DNA of 64,000 nt from Octopus vulgaris. Lineage: Eukaryota. Positions 1 through 15,242 of this stretch are shown here, in pieces. The stretch spans positions 5,952,001 to 6,016,000 of the forward strand of contig OX597824.1 of the NCBI GenBank assembly GCA_951406725.2, written 5' to 3'. The translations under genes and the position numbers were made by a program. The notes under the pieces are model-generated. The model made no database searches, was not told the origin of the DNA, and saw only the letters and a program-made list of their open reading frames with translations. Numbering within the stretch: position 1 is the stretch's first letter; each line of letters starts with the position of its first letter.

Positions 1-140
1 TAACTTAGCGGTTCGGCAAAAGAGACCGATAAAATAAGTACCAAGCTTACAAATAATAACTCCTGGGATCGATTTGTTTGACTAAAGGCGATGCCCCAGC
101 ATGGTCACAGTCAAATGACTGAATCAAGTAAAAGAGTAAA
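1..140 (+). mobile_element. SINE family A, 3' tail (truncated by window edge)
   Basis: TAACTTAGCGGTTCGGCAAAAGAGACCGAT...CCAGCATGG..CAGTCAAATGACTGAA recurs at ~33150-33300 and ~46865-47000, and inverted at 2826, 47370 and 63605. Confidence 0.85.
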
Positions 141-2825
141 CATCAGCTTTATTAACGGACAGATTCATGATTCATTTTTAACAGTTAAACTCAATTGCCA
201 AGAGTAGATTTCTTTCATCTGCTTATGTATGAGCTGTATTTCAACTATGCTTCAGTTTATGCGATTAATGATTGCTGCGCACTTCTATTACGAGAGGTAC
301 TGCAACAGGGAACAGTGGTCAAAATATTTTCGACTTTAAAGGAACTAATGTGTGTGTGTGTCTGTGAGTGTATGCGCGCGTGTGTGTGTGTGTATATGTG
401 TGTGTGCGTATGCTAGTGGAAATACATTTTGTTTTAAATACACTATCTCTTTAACCTACGTATTTAGTTCCATTACCCTCAGAAGATATTGTCACTGGGG
501 CCCCTTTCTACTTCTGCTGTTTTACCGGCAGCACATCGTATTACTGCAAGGGCATCCTAACTGTAAAGTTTGTGGGTTTTCCTCCTACGACTGTATTGTA
601 TTTGGGAATTTTGAGATGCAATGCTATCTGAACGACTACATCGAACATTGATATTGTAATTATTTAAAGCTTTACGACACTTCTTTAGTAAGGGAATGTA
701 TATTTATCATAGTGAAGAGATTATGAGTTAAATACGATATTTCTGAGTGTCATATAAGGCAGTAGCTTCCTTCTTTGTTCTACTATTATTTGCATTTACG
801 AATGCGCTATTTTAGCTGAGTAAGGATTGCCGAAGATATCATTGCTGGACGCCTGTTGAATATTCTTTTACTTAAGTTATCTAATAAGTATCTCCTAATA
901 CATTATACGTTCTGTTACTTTTCGTGAAACGATAGGTTGCAATTTGGGGAAATTGTGTCTCCTACTATAGGACAGATAGAATTGCCACGTAAATGTACGT
1001 TCGTTGAATCAAGCATCTTATAGAAAAAGAAGAAAAAAATCCAAATAACGAAGCGCAAACCCCTATTTACGCACTAACTGAAACGAATTACTTTTGCTTG
1101 AAAGTCAAATGATATTCTCCTACTTTGCGTACAACATATGCAACAAAATATTGATTTCTACCACAGAAATACGGCTAAAAATACGGCGACTCTCCCCGAC
1201 TCTTGATTAATACCTTATTTTATGGGCAGCTGAATCATGAAGGGCAAATTCGAACTCGTTCATATTTGAACTGAAAATATACAAGAATACGCCCAAATAC
1301 TGCGAGACGTTTTGACAGACACTTTCCCAATTCTGCCGCTTCACAACCCTCAAAACATTAAGAGTGCCCATTCCGTGTTCGTAAATATCGATTTTATTGT
1401 AATGTACATATGTACAATTCGTAATACAGATATTTGCCAATATCTTAATGTAATAAAATATGTCTCTAACACCCGTATAATTTCTGCTTTTAGCACTACG
1501 ATATTTTCATAGAATATAAATGATAACACCTCATATTTCTGTATTAGTAATTTAAACTTCAATAGAAATCCAGTCCTCACCACTATTAATGGTTCCTCAC
1601 CAGAGTAGTGACTGTTTATGATACATCGCTGCTACAATAAATCATGATTTCAAAGGCCTGCAAATAAAAGAAATTATTTGTTATAAATTTCTCAATGGAT
1701 ATATGAGCTATTATATACACGTTACAGGTACATTAAAGGAAACATTTCTTTTTTTCTTCAACGTGGAGATCTTCCTATATTATCAAAACACACAAATATT
1801 AGAATTAAGGTAGTTTTCTGTGTTTTTATAATTCGTGCCATCGATCGAAACGTAAACCCATAACAGAGTATCGTGTTTCTTGATCTTGTATTGCCTTAAA
1901 TGTGTTCATAATAATGCACGCTTGGAATAAAAAATGACGATATTAACAATTTAACCATATCAGAATTTATGACGTAATGGACATTGTATATGAGAGAAAG
2001 AAATAATTTCACGAAGACTTTCTTCCGCCTCTGATATTAGAATAAGTTACACCAGGGAAGAAGACACAGTGGTGTTCACTGACATATATGGAAATTAATA
2101 ATTGGTTGCCGACAGGGATTTCACAGCATCGGTACATAAAGATGACAAGAATATTACACTTTAAGTATTTGATAGAATCCATAGTTAAAATTAGGAGTTC
2201 GCAAACAGAATTTTTTTCTTTTGAAAGTATGCTATGGAAACACAAATAAATGCGGCCGTTCTATAACTTGTGGCACTTTATTAAGAGTAATGTTATTAAA
2301 ATAATTATTAAAATGAACTTATTTGAGAGTTTTTTTCTTAATCCCACTTCGACCACAATAAGGTTAAATGTCAGTGATAATGTTGTTTCGTTTCAAGTAT
2401 GAACACGTCATTTCGCCATTTTGGCCGAACGCATCACTACAGAGAAAATGAATTTTGTTGAAGAGAGATGAATATGGTTGTAGATAATGCAGTGAGAGGG
2501 GAGGTAGAGGGGGAGGGAGATCGTCTGTAAAAAACATAAATTCGAAAGAAGAGGCACACAGATGGGGAAGGCCAGTTTATGGGATTACCTCAGGTTTCCC
2601 ATCCATAAAGGGTTTAGCTTTATGGCGTATCGGCAGATCCTAAATAACCTTTTGGCCCAAGAATTTTTAAGTCTATAAAGGATTTGGCTTTATGGCGTAT
2701 CGTCAGATCCTAAAAACCTGTTGGCCGAACACCGTTTGAAAATATCTTTTTTTAGAAAGGTCTTGGGACAACAAATTTTTGGGCTCTGTCGATATATATA
2801 TATATATATATCTTCATTTATTCTT

Positions 2826-3105
2826 TTTTCTCTTACTTTTTAAGTCATTTGACCACGGCTATGCTGGAGCACCCTTTTTCGTCGAATAAATCGACGTCAG
2901 GACTTATTCTTTGTAAGCCTAGTACTTATATTATCGGTCTCAGAATTGCTGAGTTACGGGGATGTGAACAGACCTATATCGGTTGTCAAGCGATGGTGAG
3001 AGGACAAACACAGACACAAAACACACACACACTCACACACAAACACATATATATCTATACATATATATATACAACGGGCTTCTTTCAGTTTCCGTCTACC
3101 AAATC
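2826..3105 (-). mobile_element. SINE family A, partial (tail, central CA/TA tract, part of head)
   Basis: Reverse complement of the family A tail, followed by ACGGGCTTCTTTCAGTTTCCGTCTACCAAATC shared with the 41105 and 48898 copies. Confidence 0.85.
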
Positions 3106-4204
3106 AATGTATTACAGCAGCTTTTTGCAAGTGCTTCCTTATGCGTCTGGATACCGACGAAATTATATTGGCAATGTAACAGTAGAAGCCGTAAAGCTTC
3201 CATTCTTACCTTTACAGTGGGCGATTTCATAGAACAGTAAATATACAAACACGGCTTTTACGATTCCTTCATACCGTCAGTTATCACAATCATCAAAAAT
3301 ACGCAAAGAGCAGAAAAATGTATTATATCAAACAAATATATAGGAACCATAAACAGAGGAAAGCATTCGGAAAAAAAGCCTCATAAAAGACAACGGAATA
3401 TTATTTACCACAAATCATAAAGAAACACGAACGAAAATTTTATTGATAAAAATGCCACAAACCCTGTTAATGACCATTACAATTGGTAATTCATAGCAAC
3501 AAAATTTGCAAGTGCTAAAAAATAACTCATGGCAAGAGAGGTATATAATGACCAAAATATACATCTGGCATTAGATTGATAACAATCTCCTGGGCGCTGG
3601 ATGCAATAAGCAGGCATTAATACATGCCGACATCACTTCATCCTGTCAGGGAGACGAAGAAATATTAGAAACGATGACGACGGATTTTGCAACATAACTG
3701 TTCAAAAACTACAAGACAAGAAACCCATAAAAATATCTGTGAATAAATAATAAATAAATGTAGCCCAGTTGTGTATTCTATGCATTCATAAACAAAAGGC
3801 TGCTCTCCATATATAAACACATAATCTCCACAAACACACACACACACATATTATATGTATATGCAATATATGCAATCATACCTATATCATCGAATGCTTA
3901 CGTATATAAACGTCTGCTTCATACTTTGGAAAATTTATATATCCTGAATATACATTCATACAAGAACTAGGAAGTACAGGTATGAATCTACATACATGAT
4001 CTATATGAGGTATTTGTTTGAAGTGTCTATAAAATTCTTCATATACTAATTTCTATAAGAGATTTTTTTTCTTAAATTTATACGTAGTAAAATATCCGTT
4101 ATCAAGCCCGATCTACGTTTGGTTTTAGATTTAGTTATGTGGTTCTCCTGTCTACTAAACAGAAACACGTACCAAAAGACTAATACAAGTAGCTATCTAT
4201 AATG

Positions 4205-4993
<789 letters not shown>

Positions 4994-6198
4994 TGAAATG
5001 TATGCATATATAATTGGTGTGTGCTCAAATGCTTATGCTTATATTTATGCATGTATGCACACAGATATACACACGTATATCCCATCTATCTACACAACTT
5101 CAGACATATTAGTTATGCATTTTAAAACGCAACTATCTACAAGTATGTGCGAAGAAGTGGTGGGTAATCCGTCTCAAAAGAATTATTTAAAGGAGCAATA
5201 AGCGTCCATTACAGCTCTTTGAAAAGTAACATAAATAACGTAAATAATTTATTGGCTGCACTCGAATGAAAACGATTCTCTTTTTCATCTTATTATTGTT
5301 GCTGTTGTTGTTATAGTTTGTGGTTATTTTGGTTTTTATTTTCGTAGATGCATTATTATTGATTTTGTTATTTTCCTTTACATTTGGCTATTTTTGTTAT
5401 TGTTGTTGCTGCTGTTTCGCATAATGTTGTTGTTGTTTTTTTCATACTTTCCTTTATGATTTACCGAGAAAAATCACGACGGATGATTGTGGCCAATACA
5501 AATTATATTTTACCACCCACCCCGCCGCAATCGTCTCTCCCAACACCACATGTTACATAAAATGTATTACAGATTTTCAGATACATGTCTTCTGCTTTTA
5601 TGCTATTTCGTGTTTTAAATTACCTCCCAGGTTTATTGATCATAGTGAAGGAAGTGACCAAGATGATCTTAGAAGCATTAAAACGCAGAGAAGGAAATAC
5701 AAGTGGACAACCATAAATATTGCCTGTCTTTCGGAGCTGCAGATTTTTAATTTCTGAAACCATTAGTCGAACTGCTGTCTTCACATCTAGTTTCTTACTA
5801 TCAAGTCTACTTTATGCTACCCTCCCCGCTCATACTCACATTCAATTAGTACCATACACTATTACTGGAACATTTTATATAATACATATAATAACTGTAA
5901 GACATCATTCTGCAGATAATAGTCATAATGTCAAAGGGATTCTTTTCATACTTAACAGATTTATCCTTACGTAGCTTACACAGCTCAGGAGATTTACATT
6001 ATGTTTTTACCCACAGTTACTCTTCTAATATGCTTTAGCCTCTGCTAATTTCACATGTTGTTTTACATGCATCCTTTGTTTTATAACCTCTCTCATTCTA
6101 CACTACTTTCTTTCGGAAAAAACAAAATCTCCAGAGAATTGTAAAACCGTCTATGTACATACATGCATACATACATGGCTACATATTTGTGTGTGTGC

Positions 6199-6244
<46 letters not shown>

Positions 6245-6299
6245 TTGGTGTGTATATGTGGCTCAGCATGACCGTCGTCTGATGACTGAAGCAAGAAGC

Positions 6300-6300
<1 letters not shown>

Positions 6301-6372
<72 letters not shown>
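6301..6372. repeat. (CA)n microsatellite
   Basis: Directly visible. Confidence 0.95.
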
Positions 6373-6375
<3 letters not shown>

Positions 6376-6616
6376 CATAATTATTCAGTTTCTCCCTCTG
6401 GGGAAGAAGCTGGTTTCTTACGAAGATAAATCGTTATATCATCGGAATATCAATTGAGAAAAATCTTGCATATTTTTACTTTTCCGCTTTATATTTTATC
6501 TATATGATTGTTCAGTTCTATTTCAATATTTCTAGCCAATAGAGAAAGAGCTGGTTTCTAACCTTGATCCAAGGTTCCTTCATTGGAATTTCTATATTCA
6601 CAACAAGGTATTTTTG

Positions 6617-7066
6617 TTTGTATGTATTTATGTATGTATGTATGTTTGTATGTATGTTTGTATGTATGTATGCATGTATGTATGTATGTATGTATGTATG
6701 TATGTATGTATGTATGTATGTATGTATGTATGTATGTATGTATGTACGTATGCATGCATGCATGTATGTATGTATGTATGTATTTTTGTATGTATGTAAG
6801 TATGTATGTATGTATGTATGCATGCATGCATGCATGTATGTATGTATGTATGTATGCATGCATGTATGTATGTATGTATGTATGTATGTGTGTATGTATG
6901 TATGTTTGTATGTATGTATGTATGTATGTATGCATGTATGTATGTATGTATGCATGTATGTATGTATGTATGTATGTATGTATGTATGTATGTATGCATG
7001 TGTGTATTTATGTATGTATGTATGTATGTATGTTTGTATGTATGTATGTTTGTATGCATGTATGTA
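6617..7066. repeat. (TATG)n tetranucleotide microsatellite
   Basis: Directly visible; source of the MYVC/HTYI ORFs. Confidence 0.95.
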
Positions 7067-7814
7067 TTTGCATATATTTGGGTGCACTGTTATTCTGTAT
7101 GTGCATATACAATTCAAAGCATTCATTTTTATTTGCGTATATTTGATGATTTTTTATTACCATTGTCTGCTTAGTTACTTCATGGTGTGTGATAAAACTA
7201 ATACGAACCACATCGTGTTCGTTTCTCTCGCTAGTCAACAGTATTTAATATCTATCAGCTTTCCACCATAGATTGTTTAATTCTAACATCACTTTTAAAT
7301 GCTTGGTGAACATTTTCATAATGACATGCAAATGGCTATTGTTTGAAAAACAATTTCGTAAGATACAGAATATATCAAAATCTAAGCAGAAAATTAATTA
7401 ATGTTAAGTTTCTTCCCAAGCCATTTCGTTTCCGTTTAGAACTCAAATATTAGACGTACAATTCTAATAAAAGTCTCGAATTCATTTCACGTCACATAGT
7501 TAAATTAGATAAGTATTTGGAGTGATTCTCTTTGTACAGAACTTTGTGAAGTTTTATTAAACAAAATATATATTACAAGTATTTGAGAAATCATTAACAA
7601 AACAATATATACCGTATATGTTTTTTCTAATTGAATATTTTAATGGATATAAATGTGTGAGGTACAGCTGAAAATCTGATAAATGATGCAATAAAATTCG
7701 AAAGTTATTATTACTTAAAACGTAACCTGTAAGCAAATTGATAGAATGATGTTACCGGATATTATAGTATATAAGTAATGAAATTGTCGCCAGATAATGC
7801 AGCAAAATAAATAG

Positions 7815-7836
7815 CAACAACAAAAGCAATAACAAC

Positions 7837-7883
<47 letters not shown>

Positions 7884-7905
7884 TAATAATAATAATAATA
7901 ATAAC

Positions 7906-7940
<35 letters not shown>

Positions 7941-7985
7941 TGATGATGATGATGATAATGATGATGATAGTAATAATAATAATCA
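7815..7985. repeat. (AAT)n/(GAT)n trinucleotide microsatellite
   Basis: Directly visible. Confidence 0.95.
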
Positions 7986-8254
7986 TTATTAGTGATAAAT
8001 GTACATTATTACTTTATGGACACTAGATTAAATTATTTATTGTTTTCGATAAGACACCAACCAAGACCCATTATATGATTAATACAATTTGTTGTTTTTT
8101 TAAGAAGCTACATTCTAATATAGTTTATAATTCTGTATTACAGTAATCCGACATGTTTACCACACGAACAAAAGAAGAAAACAAGCATATTTCAAGATGT
8201 GAAATAAAAAAGCTCTCTGTAAATTATAATCATAAACTAGCAGCAATGCTCGCT

Positions 8255-8657
<403 letters not shown>

Positions 8658-8693
8658 TACATATATATACATACACATATGTGTGTATGTGTG

Positions 8694-8738
<45 letters not shown>

Positions 8739-8997
8739 TATATATATATAATATTTATATATATATATATATTCACACACACCATTTTTCATGCTATTTT
8801 GCTATCTCTCACTGGGGTGTTTTGATAATATATCCTGACCGCCATTTTAAATTAAATGTGCAAAATATAGATGTATTACTGTAATTAGTTTGGGATGTTT
8901 ATGTTATTGACTCTTGCCTCAAATCCGTTACAAATTTCTGGGCTACATATCGTATCCTAAATTTGTTTTGAATGTTGCTGTCTTTTCTTAATTCTAA

Positions 8998-9560
8998 AGA
9001 TACATTTTACCTACTCCACCAAAATTCACCATCTTAAGCGTCTTCAATTCGCAAAGACTCTATGACTCACGTGTTTCTCGTACCTCGGCCTTACTGGAAA
9101 GACTATCTACCATGGTTGTTTGTCTGCACCATGCATTTAATTAACGAACGCACTCGACATATTTCTCGCTTCAGTACCAATCATTTTCCTCTTCATCATC
9201 ATCACTGCTCTCACTAAACCTTCTGATCCCTGATTAAGGAAAGTTTCATCCCACGTTTCTTGTTACTGTACAACAGATCCTCACTTAAATATTGCTTATG
9301 ATGGCATCATACTTCAAATAATTACTACGCAGAAACCGCCTTTACACAATCTAAACACCTGAACTAAACTTCAACGCTTACATAAAAATACACCGCCAAA
9401 GCCTCTTCCGGACGGTGTACCATTCAGCGGTAGGGAGATAAATCTACAACATATTTCCAAGAAACCGTTATGCACAATACGTTGTCAACTTTAGGAAAAA
9501 CTTTAAATTCAAGCCTTAAACTCGCCACTAAATCTATAAGAATCTATCATAATCCCTAGT
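8998..9560 (+). mobile_element. Highly degraded Penelope-like RT remnant
   Basis: TTTTACCTACTCCACCAAAATTCAC resembles the PLE FYLLPKIH motif with a frameshift; TKP.D-like and IPLVL-like traces downstream. Confidence 0.35.
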
Positions 9561-9592
9561 ACTAAAATCAACTATATATTATTGCGAGGATA

Positions 9593-9822
9593 GGCTGCGA
9601 GCTGGCAGAAACGTTAGCACGCCGGGAGAAATGCTTAGCGGAATTTCGTCTGTCGTTACGTTCTGAATTCAAATTCCGCCGAGGTCGACTTTGCTTTTCA
9701 TCCTTTCGGGGTCGATAAATTAAGTACCAGTTTCTCAATGCGGTCGATGTAATCGACTTAATGCCTTTGTCTGTCCTTGTTTTTCTCCTCTGTGTTTAGC
9801 CCCTTGTGGGCAACAAAGAAAT
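9593..9822 (+). mobile_element. SINE family B (tail type 2)
   Basis: GAGCTGGCAGAAACGTTAGCACGCCGGG...GAGGTCGACTTTGCTTTTCATCCTTTCGGGGTCGATAAATTAAGTACCAG; many paralogs in this window. Confidence 0.9.
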
Positions 9823-11467
9823 ATATATAATATAGCGAAAAACTAGAAGCACCAAATACTACTGGTTGCTGTAGTTTTTGAACGTCTGCAAAAGTTTACA
9901 ATGAATATTTATCTCAGAATATTTACTTCTAAAATTCAACTCTGCCCCGTATGTTTATTTTATTTATTTATTAATTTGTTTATTTATTAAAGACTCCAGT
10001 TTACAGATGTTTGAACGTAGTCTCAACAAGCGAGTTATGCCTATGAACATGTTGAAAAAAACTAATAAAATCATCACACTGTGAGTGCAAATAAGCGTTT
10101 ATCTACAAAGTCGTGCGGCCTGCAAGAAATAACAATCAGCTTTCTATACAATCAGAGATTAAAACCTTAGGAATACAAAAGAACAGATTGGGTAACGTAA
10201 TCTTATAGATTAAGACGAAGACAAGACGCTCACAGTTCCAGTTAAGTATCAGAGCGAACAGAGATAAAGAACTACTGTGAGATGTAGCTATAATAATATG
10301 TACGTTCAGAATATGCTGCTTAATCTCCTAGAATTCGAAGGAAGATCAGAGTTCCCTGAAAGTGTGACTAAACGATAGTACTGAATCTAAATGATTAGTT
10401 CGATCACTTTTTGGAACGGTGCATTTCAACAGACTGTCCTTTTAGGGTGAAAATTTCAATCTTAGTATTGCCAAACTCTAACAAATCTTTTGAAAATCAA
10501 TATTTAGTAGTTTCAACATCCCTATGGAATTATTCAAAGTGATAAATTTCCTTGAATCTAGATGTTTCGCTGGAACATCAAACGAATATTTTTTTCTGCA
10601 GTAAGTTTAGGTAATCAACAGTTCGATGGAAACATAATAAGATTTATAATTTAACAACAATATTAATATATTTACTTGAACAAATAGAGTACATATATTG
10701 GCCAATTACAACTCATAAAATGACAAAAGTTATTTGATTATTTAAAGAAAATAGATTAGTATTTGTGTAGAAGTGTAATATTTGTGAATACTTGTGTCGC
10801 ATCACAGAAAACAGATATTTGAATTCACTTGAGTCACACTCATAGAACATAATTTTAGTCTAACGCCTCTCCGCTTCTCTATTAAAACTATCTGGGGAAC
10901 AACCGATGATAAAGAAACAGAGCACTACTTCTTTCTGACATTATATGAAACAGATATTGCTAGCCAACTTAATCGAACTTTCAGCCAATAAACTTTCCAG
11001 GGTTGGAAGTTATTGAATGTATGATATATTCAGCTGCACTAGAAAAATCGAAAATCCTTTATGTTTGCGAATATTAATATTAGAATTCTGTTTTCTTAAA
11101 AAATGTTAGCATTTAAGTAATCATAATACAATGATGGCATTTTCTTCATGGCCCTAGATCACAAGGAAGCGAACAGTACCATCAAATGGCCATGGAAACC
11201 GAACCTTGGTGATGCTAGGCTCTTCTAAAGCAAGAGCCAATTCTGCGCAATTCAATTCTTCTCTTTAGATATGGAGGTCTGTTCCATTGAGGCTCGGTTC
11301 CACTACCGGAGTCATACCAAGAACAAATAATCAGAAATGACTCCATTCAAAACTGGCAGCAGTCAAAGATTATATACCAGAATCTTTAATCTATGACTCT
11401 TGTAAACTTCAAGAAACCAATACAAAAACATACAAAATATATTCCATTTAAAATATCTACATATATG

Positions 11468-11664
11468 AAGGCGGCGAGCTGGCAGAAACGTTAGCACGCC
11501 AGGCGAAATGCTTATCGCTATTTCGTGATTTCAAATTCCCCTGAGGTCGACTTTGCCTTTCATTTTTCGGATTCGATAAATCAAGTACCAGTTGCGTACT
11601 GGAGTCGATCTATTCAACTGTCCCCTCCACAAAATATCGGGCCTTGTGCCTAGAGGAGAACATT
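11468..11664 (+). mobile_element. SINE family B (tail type 1) with 15-bp TSD
   Basis: Family B sequence; ATATCTACATATATG duplicated at 11453-11467 and 11665-11679. Confidence 0.9.
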
Positions 11665-12631
11665 ATATCTACATATATGTTGAATTAATAAATATTCAAT
11701 TGTATGTTTGAATATTACAGCTGCTTCATTTTGTTAAGATAAACTATCATATGAAGTTTTAAAAAGTGGGTCTGTGCATCATGATGGGGCCTGAAATCGC
11801 CCACTTCTTAACTAATTGATGGCTCTTTATCAATTAGTGTTATTGGCATATTTTTAGAACAGCTCAGCAGCCTAGCATTGCCAAAATTCCGTTTCGTCAT
11901 TCGGTTCATATTTATGTCCTGCTCAACAATGAACATTATCATATATTAGACTGACATAACCCAGTCAATGAAAATATATTCTTTCGTGATAATATGTTAC
12001 TTACTTAAAATGTCGGTAATCTCACAGAAGCCATTGACATACATTTATCCAATCAACGAAGACTCACAAATAACCAACATTATGTCATAGTGCTGCAAGA
12101 TGACTAATAATACGGTTATAATTTTCCGGGGAAAAAAATGTGAGACGAAAACACTCTCCTGAAACAGCCTCGTTTTCAGGAAATCGCTGACACAATGGCC
12201 CCCATGTAATGTTTATTTTATTTTATCATATATTGAGGTTACGATGTCAAATTACAGCAAATACTTCCAAGAACCTGGTTAAATGTTGACTGGCAGTATT
12301 TATCTTTACCATTTATTGTGCTAAGTGTGTGACATAAAAGTTTCACCCTGAATAGACTATATTTGCTAAAAGTACTGTTACAGATGCTTCATCGTTTTAC
12401 TACCATCGAAATATATGCAGCACAATTGAAATCAGAATCAATCTATTTGACAATAACACATTACTACAATCACTTCACACTTTCACTTTCATATTTACTA
12501 CGATTATCCGGTTTCTTTATATTGATTAGAGTTCTGACTCTTAACCACACCCAGATAATGAAAGCTTCACTTCTTTCTATAAAAAAACAATTAGCAGTAA
12601 AAGACAGTTCCTTCCTTAATCTTTTTTCTTT

Positions 12632-13050
12632 CACTCTTTGCTGCCATTGGACTGCGGCCAGGCAGGAGCTACATATTAAAGTATTTTAGTCTAACCTATC
12701 GACTGTCAAGCAATTATTTTTAATTACGGTAATTGAATCGGTTACTTTTGTCGAACCTCTAGTATTTTTATATATATAGTATTATTATATAGTATATATT
12801 TTTATAGTATATATTTTTATACTATATATTTTAGTATATGTTTTATTATATATTTATAGTATATATTTTTATATAGTATATAGTATATATTTTATATAGT
12901 ATATTTTTATATAGTATATATATAGTATTTATATATAGAATTTTTAAGTATGGTAATTGAATCGGTTACTTTTGTCGAACCGCTAGTATGGGGTGATGTA
13001 AACAAACCAGTACCTATTGTCAAACGTTTTCGGGGTGCAAACTCAAGCAC
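12632..13050 (-). mobile_element. Degraded SINE family A tail interrupted by an AT-rich insert
   Basis: CATTGGACTGCGGCCAGGCAGGAGC...CGAACCGCTA...GTAAACAAACCAG match the family A tail in reverse. Confidence 0.55.
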
Positions 13051-13748
13051 AAAGACACACGTACACACATATAAATTCATACATGCCTAATGAATTCACT
13101 CACAGGAAATTCGCCGACGCGAAGACAGTTGTCTAAGGTGTTCTACAATGCAACTGAACACAGAACCAGCGAGCGTCTTATCCACCCATTCCCTGCACCA
13201 GTTTCAAGATTGCTCCTCCGCTATTATGCTTTTCGTCTTAACTGCCGACTCCCAAAACACATTATTTTAATGCAATCTTACAGGTGTAACAAAAACAGGA
13301 AGAAATAGAAAGTTGAGTTGAAAGAATACAGCAGGGTTTGCTACCAACACCCTCCTTCCGAAGAGTCCTGGAAAGTTAGGTATTTTCGCTCAATAAACAC
13401 TCACAAAGCCTGGGCTGGGAAACGAAACCGCTGCCCTAGCCACCGGGCCATTGCATCTCCACAAATATGTATACATAACATATGGTACAATTATAAACAT
13501 TTCTCGGCAGACTGCAAAACGTGGTGAAGAAACTTAATCGATGTTCGAACGTTATTGGTTTCTCATCAGAGGCATAAACATCATTTTCAGAATCTACAGG
13601 GAAATAAACAGTCAAAGTATTTATATACGCAACAAATGCAGCAAGGAAGAAGTGCCTAATTTGCATACCGAAAGTGTTTAACACTGTATAAATACCAACG
13701 GGGTCTTAGTCAGCACAATATCAAGGTATGATATAATATGTACGTAAC

Positions 13749-13825
<77 letters not shown>

Positions 13826-14743
13826 TGTGTAAAAATATATGCTTATGTATATAAGCACACACAATAACATTTACAAAGAAAGGGGTAACTGTTAAACTTT
13901 TCTAAAACTTGATAAAGATGTGCTCCACTGAATATATTGAGTAATCTGACTTTGATAATTTTTTTTAATATCCAACTTGACATAAAAACCAAATAATAAC
14001 GTGTGTGCGTGTATGTGTGCGTGTGCTTACATGTCTTCTCAGTAACTAAACTACATGTATACTTCCAGGCAGTGTAGTGTAATTGTAATTTCCTATAGTT
14101 TCAAATTCCGTTGAAACCATTTTTCTTAACACGCAACTCGGAGAATGACGTTAATAAAACTAAGAACTAGCTGTCATTCTAATATTTATGTAAACATTAC
14201 CATTGATCTTTGTCGCGATAAAAATATATTAGATACATTCTTTGTTGAAATTATTCAGTTGTAAATAAGTATAATGGATTTGATATTTCAATTTGCCGTC
14301 TCTTCTATCGAGCAAACTGTACCCCCTTTCTCTGACTCTAATCATTTCCTCAAACTCCTCCTCTCTCCCTTTCACACAAAGTGTGTGTCATTCAGTAATT
14401 CTACATTCTATAAAAAGGAATATATATATATATATATATATATATAGATATATATGCATATACATGTTTGTATATAGAGACGCACTTATATACCGATGAG
14501 ATAATGGTGATGCACTCACGCACACGCACACATATATATATATGTGTGTGTGTTTTTGTGTCTGTGTGTGTATGTGCATATGCATATATTTATAACTATA
14601 TATATATGCTTATATTTACACGCAAACACGCACGCACATGTATAGATACACACATACATGTATATATATATATATATATGAATATACTTATATATATATA
14701 CACGCCAAAAAAAACACACACACATGCTCACACACATACATAT

Positions 14744-14786
<43 letters not shown>

Positions 14787-14863
14787 TATATATATATAGT
14801 CAGAAATTGAGACTGTAAGTGCTAGAAGCAGGTCTATTGCTAGAAATATGTGTTAAATCACTT

Positions 14864-15043
14864 ATAGCTGTTTAAAAGCACATTTACATATACTGACAGG
14901 GGAGATAACTGTCCCACGACCGCAGCAAAGGAGACAGGCTGTTGACAGGATGAAACTGTGCAGTGCAGTATGATAGCTTTGCTTCCGTCATCGGACAGTT
15001 ATCTACCCTGTCCGTATATATAAATGTGCTTTTTCACAGCTAT
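14864..15043. repeat. Long inverted repeat / MITE-like fold-back
   Basis: Arms 14864-14930 and 14977-15043 are near reverse complements. Confidence 0.85.
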
Positions 15044-15167
15044 GTTTTAACTGTTACTTCTAAAACTAGACGCTTGCACCAATTAGTGACAACTAAATTT
15101 TGCTTATACAGTTTACACTGCTCCCAGTAGCCTGCACTAATTTCATACTCTGTGTGTGTGTGTGTGT

Positions 15168-15242
<75 letters not shown>

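Noticed and set aside
1213-1270. Exon-like segments with plausible splice signals (also ~5631-5714 plus, ~15430-15519 minus, ~30368-30429 minus, ~61841-61877 plus)
   Set aside because: No recognisable peptides, inconsistent strands and no linkable frame; such signals are common by chance in AT-rich DNA
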